Assembly (NCBI GenBank): GCA_037137935.1
Contig: JBAXJI010000002.1
Location: 12,218 to 76,217, forward strand
Direction: 5' to 3'
Length of the DNA: 64,000 nucleotides
Origin: Candidatus Saccharimonadota bacterium
GTDB taxonomy: Bacteria; Patescibacteriota; Saccharimonadia; Saccharimonadales; AQU-01
Below are positions 63,142 through 64,000 of this stretch, one piece after another; the stretch's first letter is position 1, and each line of letters starts with the position of its first letter. A program made the position numbers and the translations under genes. A model generated the notes under the pieces. It had not been told where the DNA came from. It saw only the letters and a program-made list of their open reading frames with translations, and did no database searches.

Positions 63142-64000
63142 ATGGAACTAGATATGAAACAACTAGCTGTTGCCGTTAAGGCTATAGCTGAGGAGAAAAA
63201 CTTACCCGAAGAGGTAGTTCAGGAAATTGTCGAACAGGCTCTTGCGGTAGCTTATCGCCGAGATTACGGCGACAGAGAGCAAGAAGTCCGCGTTACTATG
63301 AACTTGAACAACGGCGAAGTTGACGCTTATATTACAAAAGAAATAGTAGACACTGTAACCGACAAGCAATTCGAAATTAGTTTTGGCGACGCTCAAGTTG
63401 TTCGTAAAAATGCTGCAGTTGGCGAAACAATAGAAATACACGAAAAAGTTAATGATTTCGGTCGTGTTGCAGCCCAGAATGCAAAACAACATATATTGCA
63501 AAGATTACGAGAAGCAGAGCGCGAAACTATTATGACTGAGTACGAAGACAAAATCGGTACAGTTATTAACGGTGTGGTCAGCAAGGTTGAGGGTAACATC
63601 GTCCGAGTAGAACTAGGAAAAGCTCAAGGAATTATGCCAAAAAGTGAGCAGATTCAGAACGAGCACTATTATCCTGGCCAAAGAATCAAAGTATTTCTAA
63701 AGGACGTTGAACGTGGATTCCGTGGACCACAATTAGTTGTGAGCCGTGGTAACAAAGAATTTATTGAATGGCTATTTAGAGCAGAAGTTCCAGAAATGGA
63801 GAACGGATCAGTCGAAATCAAGGGCATCGCTAGAGAAGCCGGTGTTCGCACAAAGATAGCAGTTAGCAGCTCAACTCCTGGAGTAGATCCAGTAGGTACA
63901 TTCGTTGGTGGTCATGGTATGCGTGTAAATGCTGTCATGAGTGAAGTTGGCGAACAAGAGAAGATAGATATTGTAGTCTGGAATGAAGAAACTCGTGCAT
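63142..64000 (+). CDS. nusA: Transcription termination/antitermination factor NusA, 5' part (runs off the window end)
   Basis: Absent from the track because it is truncated. Translation gives MELDMKQLAVAVKAIAEEKNLPEEVVQEIVEQALAVAYRRDYG, then an S1-like segment (GTVINGVVSKVEGNIVRVELGKAQGIMP) and a KH region. An AAGGA SD lies 7 nt upstream. Confidence 0.9.
   Translation, partial: MELDMKQLAVAVKAIAEEKNLPEEVVQEIVEQALAVAYRRDYGDREQEVRVTMNLNNGEVDAYITKEIVDTVTDKQFEISFGDAQVVRKNAAVGETIEIHEKVNDFGRVAAQNAKQHILQRLREAERETIMTEYEDKIGTVINGVVSKVEGNIVRVELGKAQGIMPKSEQIQNEHYYPGQRIKVFLKDVERGFRGPQLVVSRGNKEFIEWLFRAEVPEMENGSVEIKGIAREAGVRTKIAVSSSTPGVDPVGTFVGGHGMRVNAVMSEVGEQEKIDIVVWNEETRA

Noticed and set aside
1-64000. 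tRNA, rRNA, tmRNA or other known structured RNA genes in intergenic gaps
   Set aside because: All gaps are under 180 nt and AT-rich, and none showed an acceptor-stem/T-arm pattern by eye. This is a weak negative; tRNAscan-SE or Infernal should be run to confirm.

Overview
Gene-dense, moderately AT-rich bacterial chromosomal window using the standard genetic code: TGA, TAA and TAG all end recognisable conserved genes. I support about 60 protein genes. I saw no rRNA, tRNA, CRISPR array, transposase or integrase. Housekeeping content includes a Fur-family regulator with a ZIP transporter, rmuC, pheS-pheT, an MsbA-like ABC exporter, a Grx-like gene with trxB, and ppa. There is a compact gap-rpiB-rpe-split tkt-fba-pfkB sugar-phosphate operon. 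Further on are uvrB, gatC-gatA-(small insert)-gatB, galU, dnaE, a pilB/gspE-like ATPase, rplS, rnhB, yraN, pepN and a 3'-truncated nusA. Split transketolase, many short TM-anchored orphans, frequent ATGA/GTGA start-stop overlaps and the overall gene content fit a reduced-genome, monoderm-like lineage such as Patescibacteria/CPR (Saccharibacteria-like). That placement is inference only. The standout is a roughly 17-kb run of 12 plus-strand genes (4522-21800) with no housekeeping function. It holds two secreted S/T-rich proteins sharing a WxL-like C-terminal module and three membrane-anchored two-domain proteins resembling WxL-interacting proteins (DUF916/DUF3324-like), one with a long Lys/Pro-rich tail. 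It also holds a 1111-aa tail-fibre-like protein, a LytR_C-type protein, and a 743-aa FN3/Ig protein ending in a cysteine-less thioredoxin fold. These are followed by a translationally coupled sensor set: a Cache-like-only membrane protein, a CHASE4-like/HAMP-only membrane protein, a polytopic histidine kinase and a receiver-only response regulator. I interpret this as a candidate envelope-spanning contact or adhesion system with its own sensor. Secondary observations are listed below:
- an orphan gene coupled to a TIGR00725/LOG-like gene
- a repeated CATTGA-rich intergenic element
- a small membrane gene inserted in gatCAB
- several promoters positioned for leaderless mRNAs
- a terminator-like hairpin in the nusA leader
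All family assignments come from reading motifs by eye and need HMM or structure confirmation.
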